Source: Prasinococcaceae sp. CCMP 1430 (lineage: Eukaryota > Plantae > Prasinodermophyta). From it: a stretch of 28,304 bases of DNA. The notes under the pieces are model-generated. The model was not told the origin of the DNA, made no database searches, and saw only the letters and a list, made by a program, of their open reading frames with translations. Made by a program: the position numbers and the translations under genes. The stretch lies in NCBI GenBank assembly GCA_013416795.1, contig RQSC01000003.1:147181-175484 (forward strand), in the 5' to 3' direction. Of the stretch, positions 28,166-28,304 are shown in pieces (the first letter of the stretch is position 1; each line of letters starts with the position of its first letter).

Positions 28166-28304
28166 TGAGGGCGGCATCCAAATCAAACAGGACACGCAGG
28201 CGCCGACGCCAGAGCGCGCGCGCGGCGCGCACGCGCCCTCACTACCCCCCGCGACCGCCGCACCCACGCCCTCCAGCGGGGCGCGACCGCGCGCGCGCCG
28301 CGCG

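Noticed and set aside
1-28304. CRISPR arrays, tRNA, rRNA and spliceosomal snRNA genes
   Set aside because: I saw no repeat-spacer periodicity, cloverleaf, rRNA or U-snRNA signature. The repeats present are simple microsatellites.

Overview
Gene-dense, very GC-rich eukaryotic DNA that looks like a green alga of prasinophyte grade. The evidence is short GT-AG introns with a GCTGAC branch point, TGTAA poly(A) signals after several genes, flagellar genes and a LOV-histidine kinase. From 1 to 24.8 kb are ordinary genes: a cyanobacterial-type MPBQ/MSBQ methyltransferase (5' end off-window), an orphan with possible ciliary motifs, an Abraxas/FAM175-like protein, RPL24, a 5'-truncated JAMM/MPN+ protein, DRC2/CCDC65, a tandem-WH2 proline-rich protein and the inner-arm I1-beta dynein heavy chain (DHC10/DNAH2). 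The dynein gene has a GC-AG intron and a 30-nt micro-exon right after the AAA1 P-loop. The most interesting part is 24.8-26.9 kb on the minus strand. There a decayed LOV-HisKA photoreceptor fragment runs directly (+1 frame offset) into an internally deleted Fanzor2/TnpB-like gene that keeps its N-terminal region and RuvC-III motif. About 190 nt further downstream lies a ~170-nt block of consecutive hairpins (candidate omegaRNA), bracketed by splice-like signals and mutually complementary microsatellites. The LOV-HK copy shows a strongly one-directional A>G / T>C pattern of decay. All family assignments come from motif recognition by eye; no searches were run. An N gap (26894-27314) and two single Ns (5816, 10826) limit some gene models.
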